From the NCBI GenBank assembly GCA_000004985.1, contig GG738912.1: a DNA stretch of 64,000 nucleotides, one strand, 5' to 3'. The notes below the pieces were generated by a model. It was not told the origin of the DNA and searched no databases. It saw only the letters and a program-made list of their open reading frames with translations. The DNA is from Naegleria gruberi (Eukaryota). The translations under genes and the position numbers were made by a program. Positions 30,986 to 42,821 of this stretch are shown here, piece by piece; position 1 is the stretch's first letter; every line of letters begins with the position of its first letter.

Positions 30986-33761
30986 TTATTTTGATAGTTC
31001 TAATAGGAAAGAAACCCCCAAAACAGCAAAAAAATAATAAACCATATTAGCAACAGGTTCTCTTTGATTTCTTGGAGTTGTTTCAATTGGATTGAGTTCT
31101 TCTTCCTTGCTTTCAGATTGTTCATCAACTGCAACAATTGAGTTTTCAACTTGTTCTTGGAAGGATTTGAGTTTTTCTTCGTAAGAGTTGATTTTCTCAA
31201 TTGACTTTTCGAAATTTTGTTTGAGAGCTTCTTTTTCTTTTCTTTCCTTTTCATTGTTGATTTTGGCAGAGTTTAATTGCTCTGAGAGTTGGTTGATTTG
31301 AGTTTTGAGAAGTTTGTTTTGATTCTTTTCAATTTCAAGAGAGTCAGAAAGTTGTTGAGTGGATTGCTTTTCTTTTGTGAGTTCTTCTTTTAAGTTTTGG
31401 GATTGTTTAGTTAATGAGTTTGATAATTCTTGAAGCTTTTCCTTCTCAGTTTTTGAGAGGGATTCGTTTAGTTTCTTCTGATAAATCAAATCTTTTTGAA
31501 GAGATTCTAATTGTTGGGTGAGAGCAGAATTTTGTTGTTCAAGCTGTTTGGCATTTGACAAATCCTTCTCATATTGAGAAAGTTTGTGTTCCACTATTTG
31601 CTTTTCTTCTTTCAAACTGGTGAGAGATTTCTCATGATCTTCTTTCAAATTACCAATTTGATTTTCCAATTCTGATTTTTGCTGCCTTTGTTTCTTCAAG
31701 TCTTGTTCCATCTGGTTGATTTTTTCTTCAAGTTGACTTGTAGAGTTATTACTTGTGGACTTTAAACTCTCATTTTGTTTCAATAGAGATTGATTCTTTT
31801 CAACCTCTTCCTTTAGCTTGTTTTCAATATCAAGTTTTTCATTGGTCAGTGTTTCAATTTGTACATTTAAATCCTTGTTGGAAGATTGTAATCTTTCAAC
31901 TTGTTCTTTTTCATTTTCATACTTTTGAGATATTTCTTCAAGATTTTTCTTCGCATCATTTAGTTCATTTTCAATCTTTTTCATAGATTCGGTATGTTGT
32001 TCAATGTTGTGAGAAAGTTCCTTTTGTAATTGATTATATTTTTCTTGGAGAGCTTGGTTTTCTGATTGCTCCTTTTCTAATGCCTTACTGGTCTGTTCCT
32101 GAAGTTCCTTCAAGCTCTTGAATTGTGTTTGTAGAGAGGAAACTGTCTCATCAACTTGGGAATTGCTTTCTTTTGCTACAATTTCCAACTTTTCTTTCAA
32201 TTCCAACTCAACAGAATTCAATCGTTCAACTTCCCTTCTCAAATCATCAACAGAGTTATTTGAAATGATTAATTCAGATTTAACCGATTCTAAATTATTC
32301 TTGAGAGATTGTTCAGTTTCTCTAATCTTTTCAATTTCTTCCTTTTCCTTTTCTAATTGATTAGTTGCTTGAGAAAGTTCCTCTGTGAGTTTTTCCACTT
32401 CTTGAACAACTTTTTGCTTTTCTTCAATAAGAGTTGTCAATTTTTGTTCAGAATTTTCCTTCACCTCATTCAAAGATTGTTCAACAGCTTCGAGTTGTTG
32501 TTTCTTCTCATTGATATCAATTTCCAATTTACTGCACTCTGCCAATTTCAATTCTAACTGAATATTCAAATTAGAGCAAAATGGACAGGTTTTTTCATCG
32601 TGCAACAATTCAGGAGCATGTGTCAATATCACAGGAGGTTCTTCCATTGACAAACTGTGAGATAATCTAGGAGACCTTGGTGATCTTGGAGATTTTGGTG
32701 AGACAGGATTTGAGGCAGGTGTTCCTTCTTCAGCTGATGGCATCAACTCTTCTCCTTTTTCTTTGAAATATGAAAGGTAGGTCACTATGTTATTGAGGTA
32801 TATAAGAAACTTGAAGAATGAAATTGTATTACTTACACATGGAAAGTTTCTCAGGACCCTTCTCCAAAATATCCGAATCAATCAAATTTGGAATTTCCAA
32901 TTGATCATTGGCTACACTAACCAAATGTTCATTAATTTCTGATTTTGATTTTGTGGTATTAATAACATCTCTTTCATAATTAAAATATTTGAACATTTCT
33001 TCCAAATCATTTCTAAACTTTTCCTTCATGAGTTTGTCAATAACAGCACCAAGTGCTTTGCCATCAGACCAACTTGATGAGATATCACCAACAGAGAAAC
33101 CATACTTTTCAGTATATTCTGAGATAATGTCTTGTACCCAATTTAACATGGATTTTTCAACTGAAACTTTTCCCTTAGTTGGCGATTCCATTACATCTGA
33201 TTGCTCATCTGATGAAGAGTTGATTTGATAGAATAAAATCATTCTCCAGACGAGAGCAAGACAAATTTTTAAATTTCCCTTGTGCTGATTCAATGAATTT
33301 CATGATGTTTCGAATAAAAACTTACAATTTCGTCTGAGGTGATACCTGTGAGGTTTATGCCAGATTGGGCCATAGAGTTCAACGCTAGGTTGATATTTTC
33401 AATCATTTGAATAGGAATTTTAGGTTTCTTATTCATCTTGGATGACAAGGTAGTTTCGGATATAGAATTTTGTTTCTTTTTCTTTTTCTTTGTCTTGACC
33501 TTGGATTTTAATTGGTCCAAAAGATAACACAAATTAACTCCATCAACAAAAGCACTAGTCAAATCCTCTACTGTAATGTTTTCTTTTCGTAATTGAACAT
33601 TAACCCATTGTGTAAATGTCTTATCCGAAATAATTAGAAACTAAACTATTCTAACTTACCACATGTTGCACATCGACCCAATTACTATCAAACTTGGATC
33701 CTCTTGGAGTAGTTGGCGTGCCAGTTGAATTAATCTCTTCTTGCAATAGTATGTGGGCCAT
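30986..33761 (-). CDS. Tandem calponin-homology (actin-binding) domains + long coiled coil + C-terminal transmembrane anchor (interaptin/nesprin-like architecture), about 4 exons
   Basis: Exon 1 (33761..33660) is MAHILLQEEINSTGTPTTPRGSKFDSNWVDVQHV. A 40-nt intron (33620..33659, gtaagttag...ataAG) follows. Exon 2 holds CH1: TFTQWVNVQLRKENITVEDLTSAFVDGVNLCYLLDQL...IENINLALNSMAQSGINLTGITSDEI. A 41-nt intron (33285..33325) follows. Exon 3 has NLKICLALVWRMILFYQI then CH2 (LNWVQDIISEYTEKYGFSVGDISSSWSDGKALGAVIDKL). A further short intron lies near 32760..32838; its exact junction is uncertain from my reading. Then come about 600 aa of coiled coil and the tail VANMVYYFFAVLGVSFLLELSK. Confidence 0.55.
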
Positions 33762-34224
33762 TTTTTAATATTTATTTAAATGTCTCTTCACCAATCTTCG
33801 TATGTGTGTGTTGACAGGCGAAAGAATTTTCAAGTTTAACAGCCCATTCATTAAAACAACCATATCTTTGACAAGAATGGAAGAATCATTTTCAAAAAAG
33901 TTGAGTGCACCGTTATTTTGATAAGAGCACTCTCATTACAATAAATTTACAAGATAAAATTACAATCTTTTCCTACTGAACATCAACGTTTGTCAGAGAT
34001 TCAGTATAGTTACTTACCTTCATTGTCTCCTATGATGTAAAGTTGATTGGTTAGAGGCGAACAATCCATGGTCATGTTCATGACAGGTTTTGTTTTTAGA
34101 GATAATTATCCCTGCATTTATGAACTGGACGAAAATTGGCACAATTATGACACACTCAACCACTTTAAAATAACAAAACAGTAAAAAGAGTTAATTTCAG
34201 CCTTTTACATTATCATTTCATTAC

Positions 34225-35034
34225 CTATGCTTGAGTATTGTTGTTTTGCTTTGATGCTTTTCTCAATATAAGTACAATGACAACCACAACAATAATCCAA
34301 ATACAGAAACAACAAACAACACCTAGTAGTGATCCAACAACGGCTCCAGCTATAGCTCCCGCTTTTCCATCTACTTTTGGTTGTACATTATTCTCTAGTA
34401 ATACAGAAGGACTACAAACTTTAGTGCCTGTTTCGTCACATCTCAGATAAATGAAGTATTGGTATGCATCTGGCTTATCAGGTAGTATTGTTTCTCTTGA
34501 GAATGATGTAAATCCGCTAGTTGGTTCTAAAACTGTGCTGGGAATTGTTGGAGAGGAAATAATCTTTAAAGTCATTTTGTCAGATGTGGTAATTCTGAGC
34601 TTGTAACCATTTGGTTGCTTGTATCCTGGATGTGTGTACATTTCAAGTCTGGAGGAAGGAATTTTAGGGGAGTACCAATCATTTCTGCTCATATATTTGA
34701 AAACTCTGGTAACTTGGAGAGTGGTGTATGTCTCTGAGGTGGTGCCTTCATTGTATAGAACAAAGTTAACATCACCACCACCCACATTCAGCTCATATTC
34801 ATTTTCAAAGTAGGCACGAGAGGCAAGACGAACAAATTTCGAATAGTCTAAAGTAGGGCCTGGAACATATCCAAAACTGACGAGCATAGACGAAGCTTTA
34901 AACTCATAGCTGTATAAACCATAGCCAGAGAATGTTCCAACATTAACAAATGATTTGGCAGCAATAGATGTTTGACTTGCCACTAATTGACCAAGCAATA
35001 AAACAGTCAATGATAGAAGGTATTGGCAGTTCAT
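34225..35034 (-). CDS. Type I membrane protein (signal peptide, extracellular domain, single TM, short basic tail)
   Basis: From ATG 35034 (aaaaaaaaaatcatcATG): MNCQYLLSLTVLLLGQLVASQT, then ...GAIAGAVVGSLLGVVCCFCIWIIVVVVIVLILRKASKQ. Confidence 0.45.
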   Translation of the reverse strand: MNCQYLLSLTVLLLGQLVASQTSIAAKSFVNVGTFSGYGLYSYEFKASSMLVSFGYVPGPTLDYSKFVRLASRAYFENEYELNVGGGDVNFVLYNEGTTSETYTTLQVTRVFKYMSRNDWYSPKIPSSRLEMYTHPGYKQPNGYKLRITTSDKMTLKIISSPTIPSTVLEPTSGFTSFSRETILPDKPDAYQYFIYLRCDETGTKVCSPSVLLENNVQPKVDGKAGAIAGAVVGSLLGVVCCFCIWIIVVVVIVLILRKASKQNNNTQA

Positions 35035-35805
35035 GATGATTTTTTTTTTGTGATGAAAAGTCATATCGATCACAATCCTAATTTTCACAAATTAAGAAAA
35101 AAAATATTTTACAATAGTGTTAATAGTCCTGACATAGTGCACTCTTTCGAATAAAATAGAAAAGCTTTCCAAAAAGATGAGTTTGGCCGTATCACTTCAC
35201 TTGTCTGATAATTCACTGAAAAATTGGAGTAACATTGATTGGAGCGTTTACATCCTTCATACTTTGAACCATTAATGGATGATTGTTCACTTCCTCATTA
35301 ACCCTTTATCTAGATATTCTCCAAGATGACATGATTCTTTTTTCTATGGATTTTATTACCAATGGGGCTTACATATTCGAGGATGCTGAGCGAGTAATGG
35401 TTTCTTTCCAGATTACTTAAGTTATTTCAATTCCATCAATCCACCAGTATTGAATGTTGTGTGATACTAGGGACTTTATTAAGGTAGGAATGAGAGCAAG
35501 TGTTTCTTTCAGAATCTCAAATCCAGAACCTTTTCCCATTTCAATCAAAACCACGAAACAGACTGCACAGGCCTCAACTCAAAAAAGAATTCAAGTACAA
35601 ACAAAATGCCAATCTTCACTCAAGGAAATTGAAGCAAAAGCCGAAGCAACATCTAAAAGGAGAAATACCAACTTTTGATTCCTTATCGATCAACGCTTCA
35701 ATCTGAAAGAGTATTTAATCTATTCAAATACTATCATCGGATTAAGCGCACCAACAATTATTCAAATTGAATTAGTTAAAAATCCATAAAAACATCTTCA
35801 AGAAA

Positions 35806-37527
35806 ATGATTCAACGAACAACTGTCTATTATAAGAAACGACTTTTCAATACTTTTCTTATCGGTTCTTTGAAAAGATTTCAATTCTCTTCTTTTCATAT
35901 TTCTAATTGCAACCAATTGGAATCCCAAACATTGAGTGCTGATCAATCCAAATGTCCTTATCACAAAACCGATTCAACGAAACAAGCCACTCTCCAAAAT
36001 TGCAAATCTATTGATGAAATGCCAGGTCCTAAGAGATTACCACTTATTGGAAACTTGTTAGATTTAATTAAGAATGTAAAGTCAAATGCTGGTCCTTATT
36101 TTCTTTCATTGTCGGAACAGTATGGTGACTTGGTTAGATTGAAAACCTTCAACAATGATCTTGTGATATTATCAAATCCAGAGTTGATGGGTGAATTATA
36201 TAAGAAGGAAGAAAAGAGGTCAACCATTCAAAGTTCAAGAAAGTATAAGCTGGAGAGAGGAATTCCTTTGGCTCCAATTGAAATGCTCTATGAGGAACCA
36301 TGGCAAGAGACTAGACAATTGTTTAACATTGCCATGAAACCAGAATTCCAAGATCAAGTCGTAATTCCTCAATTGACTCAATTGAATGGTGAAATGATAA
36401 GAAGATTAATTAAATACTTAGAACCAACACAAGATCCAGATAAATTCAGACTAACGGATAGTGTAAACGCCATTTCAAGATATGGTTTCGATGCAGTAAT
36501 GGCTGTTTTTCTTGGTGTTAAAATGACCGATGATATTACAAAAACATTTCCATTTGAAATTTCAGATTTTGTAAAGTATTCAGTTGAGTCATTGGATGTA
36601 ATAATTAGATTATTGACAAAACCATCCCTGTATCAATATTTTAAAACAAAAGAATACAAGAGAATGGAATTTACCTATGAAAAATCATTCGAATATGCAA
36701 ATTATGTAATGAACAGGTTTAAGGTCAACCCAAGCGAAAAGCCAAGATTGTATGAACTGCTAATGGAACGTTCAAAGAATGAACCAAATCCTGAAATTCT
36801 GGTTCAATCAGTTATGAATTCATTCCTTCAAGCTGCAATCGACATTACAATGACAATGATGAGTCATGTCATGTACAGATTAGCTCATCATCCAGATTAC
36901 CAAAAAAAACTTTACAATGAGCTATTAGAGGTATTTGGAGAGCCAACTTTAGACGAGGTTACTTCAGAGAACGGTCTAGTAGTAAATGCAGAGCAATTCA
37001 AGAAACTAAAGCTCACTAAAAACTTTGTGGAAGAAGTTTTACGCCTCAATCCCTTTGGATATGCTTCCAGTGCAAGAATACTCAATAACGATACAGAACT
37101 GGGAGGATATAATATTCCAAAGGGTACAACAGTTATTGCACTCCAAAGACGTGCTTGTTTGAGTGAAGAGTTTGTGCCACGAGCTCAAGAATTCATTCCA
37201 GAAAGATATGAGAGAAATTCACCATTGGCAATGAAGAGTTCATTTGTAAGCAGTCCATTTGGTGTTGGTGTAAGTTTTCTATCAATTGCTTCAATTAACT
37301 TGCGAATTAAGGCAAGAAAATGCCCAGGTAGTAGAATTGCAACCTTAGAACTTTGCATGTCAATTGTCAACACTGTCAGACATTTCAAACTTTCCTTAGA
37401 GGAAAAGGAATTCCCAGAAATGAGCACCGATCGTTCCTTACTCTACATTGACATGCAAAAGCATCCACTGATCTTCTCTCCAAGATCCCATCTTACTGAT
37501 TATTGCAAATCTCAAAAGAATTTGTAA
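35806..37527 (+). CDS. Cytochrome P450 (mitochondrial-clan-like N-terminus); contains a 42-nt in-frame intron 37270..37311
   Basis: The heme-binding signature FGxGxRxCxG is restored only after removing gtaagttttctatcaattgcttcaattaacttgcgaattaAG, giving PFGVG|ARKCPGSRIATLEL. Also present: MPGPKRLPLIGNL, the ETLR-like region and PERF-like FIPERY. The intron is a multiple of 3 with no stop, so the track reads through it. Confidence 0.75.
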   Translation: MIQRTTVYYKKRLFNTFLIGSLKRFQFSSFHISNCNQLESQTLSADQSKCPYHKTDSTKQATLQNCKSIDEMPGPKRLPLIGNLLDLIKNVKSNAGPYFLSLSEQYGDLVRLKTFNNDLVILSNPELMGELYKKEEKRSTIQSSRKYKLERGIPLAPIEMLYEEPWQETRQLFNIAMKPEFQDQVVIPQLTQLNGEMIRRLIKYLEPTQDPDKFRLTDSVNAISRYGFDAVMAVFLGVKMTDDITKTFPFEISDFVKYSVESLDVIIRLLTKPSLYQYFKTKEYKRMEFTYEKSFEYANYVMNRFKVNPSEKPRLYELLMERSKNEPNPEILVQSVMNSFLQAAIDITMTMMSHVMYRLAHHPDYQKKLYNELLEVFGEPTLDEVTSENGLVVNAEQFKKLKLTKNFVEEVLRLNPFGYASSARILNNDTELGGYNIPKGTTVIALQRRACLSEEFVPRAQEFIPERYERNSPLAMKSSFVSSPFGVGVSFLSIASINLRIKARKCPGSRIATLELCMSIVNTVRHFKLSLEEKEFPEMSTDRSLLYIDMQKHPLIFSPRSHLTDYCKSQKNL

Positions 37528-37759
37528 AGTTATTGTAAAGATATCTGTAAGTGAATTGTTTGAATTATGTAAACTCATCTTTCAATGTTTCAATCACATA
37601 ATACTCCTCACTTTAAGATATTGGGATTGTTAAATAAATGAAGCTTTACAATGTACGGTGGCCTTAAATATCAACAAACCCAAATCCCTACAAAGAATCT
37701 TAGTTAGTCTAAAGATTTGGACTCAGGCTGTTATTGATATAAGAGACATTAATAAAGTT

Positions 37760-38990
37760 TCACGTTTTATTCTTCACCAATTTCATTGTGACCAATATTA
37801 AGTGATGTTAATTGTTTCATTTCACTTATGTATTTGGATCCTTCTACACCGATTTCATTGTAATGTATATTAAGTGATGTTAATTGTTTCATTTCACTTA
37901 TGTATTTGGCTCCTTCTACACCAATTTCATTGGAACAATATTAAGTGATGTTAATTGATTTCATTCCACTTATGAATTTGGCTCCTTCTACACCGATTTC
38001 ATTGTAATCTATATTAAGTGATGTTAATTGATTCATTTCACTTATGTATTTGGCTCCTTCTACACCAATTTCATTGGAATATATATTAAGTGATGTTAAT
38101 GATTTCATTCCACTTATGAATTTGGCTCCTTCTACACCGATTTGATTGTGACCAATATCAAGTGATGTTAATTGTTTCATTTCACTTATGTATTTGGATC
38201 CTTCTACACCAATTTGATTGTGACCAATATTAAGTGATGTTAATGATTTCATTCCACTTATGTATTTGGCTCCTTCTACACCGATTTGATTGTGACCAAT
38301 ATCAAGTGATGTTAATTGTTTCATTTCACTTATGTATTTGGATCCTTCTACACCAATTTCATTGGAATATATATCAAGTGATGTTAATTGTTTCATTTCA
38401 CTTATGTATTTGGATCCTTCTACACCAATTTCATTGGAACCAATATCAAGTGATGTTAATTGTTTCATTTCACTTATGTATTTGGCTCCTTCTACACCGA
38501 TTTCATTGTAATGTATATTAAGTGATGTTAATGATTTCATTCCACTTATGAATTTGGCTCCTTCTACAAGATTTGATTGTGACCAATATCAAGTGATGTT
38601 AATTGTTTCATTTCACTTATGTATTTGGCTCCTTCTACACCAATTTGATTGTGACCAATATTAAGTGATGTTAATTGTTTCATTTCACTTATGTATTTGG
38701 ATCCTTCTACACCAATTTGATTGGAATATATATTAAGTGATGTTAATTGATTCATTTCACTTATGTATTTGGATCCTTCTACACCGATTTGATTGTTACC
38801 AATATCAAGTGATGTTAATTGTTTCATTTCACTTATGTATTTGGCTCCTTCTACACCAATTTCATTGTAATATATATCAAGTGATGTTAATTGTTTCATT
38901 CCACTTATGTATTTGGATCCTTCTACACCAATTTGATTGTCAGAAATATCAAGTGATGTTAATTGGTTCATTCCACTTATGAATTTAAGT
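37760..38990. repeat. Tandem array of near-identical 72-bp coding repeats (24-aa RI-type LRR units)
   Basis: Visible periodicity, e.g. the ttaacatcacttgatat..ggtgtagaaggagccaaatacataagtgaaatgaaacaa complement repeated at least 16 times with a few substitutions per unit. Confidence 0.8.
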
Positions 38991-39327
38991 TTATCTGAAG
39001 AGTTAAGCAAGCCACAAGAAAACTTAACATTTACAATACTATTCATGAATTGACTTTTCATTAACAATTCAATTCTTTTTTCTGTTAATTGTTTTGTAAA
39101 TTGAATAACAAGTTTTGAACGATCCTTTATCACATTAAACCATTGTTTTGAAATTAAAGAACAATTATTCAAAATAAACCACGAATCATCAATCATGCAA
39201 ATAATTTCAAAACAAACATCATCCGAAAATATAACATTCTCTATTAATTAACAATTCAATCCATTAATTATTATTTTGAAAATAACCCTTCGATAAAATA
39301 CCAACCTTCTTCTTGTTTTACCTCCAT
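37760..39327 (-). CDS. F-box-like / RI-type LRR protein built from 72-bp tandem repeats (paralogue of 56208..); frame interrupted at about 38545 and about 37945
   Basis: A probable micro-exon 1 (39327..39306, MEVKQEE) is followed by a 65-nt intron (39241..39305, donor GTTGGT). Exon 2 encodes ENVIFSDDVCFEIICMIDDSWFILNNCSLISKQWFNVIKDRS (F-box-like; compare gene 8907). At least 17 24-aa units follow, LTSLDIxxNxIGVEGxKYISxMKx. Track ORFs 38564..39196 and 37941..38540 are the same gene in shifted frames. Degenerate repeats continue to about 37760. Confidence 0.5.
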
Positions 39328-39728
39328 CGCGATGATAATTGATGATAGCTGAAATATTGGTAGTTTTTTATGATTGATATCACAAGCAACGATACCAACA
39401 GGAAACAATTAATACTTGTTACAACAATTCTTGATGTTCCGTCATGTTCTAAAATAATAATTATAAATTCACTATTAACTTAAAATTGAATAAAGGTTTC
39501 AAATTAAAAGCTAAATAAAATTGACAGACCAACAACCATCTTACTGGACTCTTAACAAATTGATGTTTTAATGCGATTGATGGAGCATAGTGCCTAGTTT
39601 GTAATATTGAAGGAAGGCCCTAATATTGATTGGAGTATTAAGAGGAATTGATGTTATCGTTTTTTAAAAAAAGCTTTTAGCTTTTAGACCCAATAATAAT
39701 TTAGATTTCCATCACAGCCCGACAAAAA

Positions 39729-41205
39729 ATGATGAAACATAAAATTGGATTCATGCTGAGGAGGAAATTAGCATCCTCACCCACGACTGTGGTTAGGAAT
39801 TTACTTCCGAACAATAGCAAGAAATCAGTGATGAGGTTTTCAATTTTGGATGACAAATCTCCTTCAATATTAATTTCTATGAATATGAAGGCTTCGTATC
39901 ATCGAAATATTAGAATGATGAACAATCAGAGACAGGAACAAGAGGAAGACTATTTTGAACACTATAGAAGACAATATCAAATTAATGAAGTTTTTGAAAA
40001 TTATTATGATACCCAATCGGAAAGAGGAAAAAAAGAACACATGAACAGATTGCTGTGGTTCTTGATTGCATTCCCAGCCTTCTTCTTTGTATCATTACAG
40101 GCCTTTTTGGCTAGTGATGCTGTTAATCATCAGGATTTGAAGAATGTTACAATAAGATTGGAAGAAGCAATACCAACTACTGTAGGAAATAGAGAGAATA
40201 TTTCAGGAGATCGTTATGATGAGTCATCCTCAATGCAACAACAAGAAAAAGCAGAGGTGATTAAAGGACCAATTTTGGACGTTCCTAATGATAATTATTT
40301 ACAAAAATTATCAAAAGATGTAAGAAGATATCCAGTTATTTGGGGAATTATTGGATTGAATTGTGCCATGATGCTTATGGTAAAAGGATTCAAAAGATCG
40401 CCAAGATTCCACGATTTTTATTCGAAACATTTGACTGTTTCAGTACATAATTTATTGAAGAGAAGATATCATACCTTGTTAACCTCCACTTTTGTACATG
40501 GTGATTGGCTTCACTTAGGTTTTTGCATGTATGGCCTTTACAATATGGGATCTCTTACCTATGATTTGATGGGACCTACAACATTTTTGCTTTTTTATTT
40601 AGGTGCTGGTATGACTGCATCAATGGGTAGTTCCTTACTCAAATTAATAACAAAGAATTATTATCAGAGATCTGTTGGTTCAAGTGGAAGTATTTTCGCA
40701 ATTGTTTTTGCTGGCCTTAATGTTATTACATTTGAGAAGGCCAAAATGAATTTAATTTTCCTTCCAGATAGTTGGGGAGGTTTCAATGCCACCTACTTTT
40801 TACCATTATATTTTGTTGGTGAAATTCTTTATAATATCTTCTCGAGAAGAGTCAAATTGGATACAGGTAAGTTTTCATACTTTTCACGTTATTGAACTCT
40901 ACAAAGGTGGTCACTTGAGCGGAGCTTTGGCTGGATATTTAGCATTGGAAGCAATGAAAAATCAATCTTATCACAAGCAAACCAGAAAAGTGGAATTTAG
41001 TGGAAGAAATACTTATTATTTGGGTGAAGTTAAAGATTTAAAAAAGAATGGAGCTGGTGCCTTAATTGGAGGAAATATGTCATATGTTGGTAATTTCAAA
41101 GATGGAAATCCAGAAGGTCAAGGAATTGTTATTGTAAATACAAACGAAGGAACAAAAGCTATTAAAGGTATCTTTAAGAATGGAAACTTTACACCAACCA
41201 AATAA
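39729..41205 (+). CDS. Rhomboid-family intramembrane serine protease (PARL-like N-terminus) fused to C-terminal MORN repeats; one 40-nt intron (40867..40906)
   Basis: Exon 1 has HGDWLHLGFCMYGLYNMGSLTYDLMG, LGAGMTASMGS and the GxSG motif in VGSSGSIFAIVFAG. GTAAGT follows at 40867. Exon 2 (from 40907) carries the TM6 His, GGHLSGALAGYLA. Then come MORN-like repeats YYLGEVKDLKKNGAGALIGGNMSYVGNFKDGNPEGQGIVIV. Confidence 0.65.
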
Positions 41206-41589
41206 ATCGTTGCAAAATTTAGAAGGATTACACGTTAAACCAAATGAAATCTTTGTTGGCTAATTCTGTTTCCTTATTTTCAGTGTCTAAGTATTGCAGT
41301 TTTCTCACAAATATTTAAAAAAATGGAAGACAGCGATAGTGGTACGTTGCATGGTTCAACATTGATAGTAACATTAAAGACTGCAAAACACCTTTCAAGC
41401 TCACGGAAACTTTGTTAAATAATGACTATTTGAAAGAGATTGAATATTATTAAACAAAGAATCGAACCTAGTTTCTGTGCAAGATAAGGTTGTTGAGGAT
41501 TTAGACAAACTCTCCACCATTTTAGGTTGCTCCAAACAAGAGGCATTCAATAGAATGGTGTTAGCTATGAGAATATTACCTTTTCATTA

Positions 41590-42692
41590 TTGAATTGCTC
41601 TATTTTTAATGAAGACCAACACAAGGGAAGCCAACACTTGTTGGAGTATGCCAAACAACCATCCCAAGAGAATCTGAACATTGTTTTGAGTTATTACAAA
41701 CTAAAGACTGATTACAAGTCGTTTATATTGAGAGCTCTAGATCCTCTCCAACTTGAAATATATGAGGAAACCACAAAATTACCAAAAACTACAACCCATT
41801 TTAGTCCACTTTTCGATCTTGCAGCACTTTCATCGTGCAACAATCTGTTGGTGAATAGCAATAAGCAAATTCCAGGTTTACTCAACAAACATACAGCAAT
41901 CTTTAACAGAACTACAAGTGGATGCTGTCCTAGTTCAACAATACAATGAAAAGCTTCTTTTAAAGATAATAAGGGAAGACAACAAAGATAGATTTATGAA
42001 TCATCTTAATTTTTATCATGCGATTAGCATTATCTAGAAAGGTGAGAGAACTAGTTAAAAGAGACCTTAAACCAGAAATACACAATAATCTATTCGTTTT
42101 GGGAATGACAACAGATAGAGAAGTGACCAAAACCATTGGAAACAAAAGTTCAAATGGATCCCTCTCTACATTTTTCCTTCAAAGAAAAAGCAAAAGATGT
42201 TACTTCCAGTACAACTGATTCACTGTGGAAAGGAGTTTTAGAGAAAGATCTTGGTAAATCATGGAATGCTTATGCAAAAAAATCTCAACAGGCAGTAATG
42301 ACATTAAAATCACTCAACTACCCTTTCTCACACTTTATATCGCTATGTTACCTACTCTAGAAGGCGAGCCAGTTACCAAGTTCAAAAATAAGGAAGAAGC
42401 TATCATTGATCTGGTTCAGTTAGTGTTACTGGGTATATGCAAAACTATTCATAACGATATCAAACCCGATAATGTGGTCAAATATGATGGTCATTTCTTT
42501 TTGATTGATTATGGCATCTCATTACTCTACCACTCTTTCAATGGAAATCAATGTTTTGATAAGGAACTTAAACCAATCAAATCCAAATCTGTACTCACCA
42601 CTCCTCTTTATGATTCCCCTGAAAAGGCAAAGGATGGATGTGTTTCTCCAAAAAGTGATTTGTATTCTTTAGGAGTCTATTTCTTCTATTGA
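41590..42692 (+). pseudogene. Protein-kinase-like gene fragmented over at least 4 frames (possible pseudokinase pseudogene, or a multi-intron gene I cannot resolve)
   Basis: The last ORF (42261..42692) holds the kinase C-lobe: IHNDIKPDNVV...FLIDYG...TPLYDSPE...SDLYSLGV. No canonical GxGxxG/VAIK N-lobe is visible upstream. A second RDLKPE-like string lies at about 42060 in another frame. Confidence 0.35.
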
Positions 42693-42821
42693 TTTGTCTT
42701 TAGTCTAACCAACTTGGTGAGGTCATTAAAAGAGACTCCAACAAATGACTAAACCAGTACTGGAAGAATAAACTAATTTACAAAATTGTTTTTTTACTAA
42801 AATTACAAAAAAGGATAATAT

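Noticed and set aside
32829-32881. Apparent 53-nt overlap of ORFs 32829..33293 and 30986..32881 as two overlapping genes
   Set aside because: The overlap contains GTAAGT directly after ...EKLSM. It is better explained as an intron joining the CH-domain exons to the coiled-coil exon. The ORF-track start at 32881 is a TTG, not an ATG.
38234-38982. Plus-strand ORFs MMLMISFHLCIWLLLHRF... (and the equivalent minus-strand ORFs at 56835..57655)
   Set aside because: These are antisense translations of the 72-bp LRR repeats. Periodic Cys/His content is a by-product of the repeat, and the sense frame carries the conserved LRR consensus.
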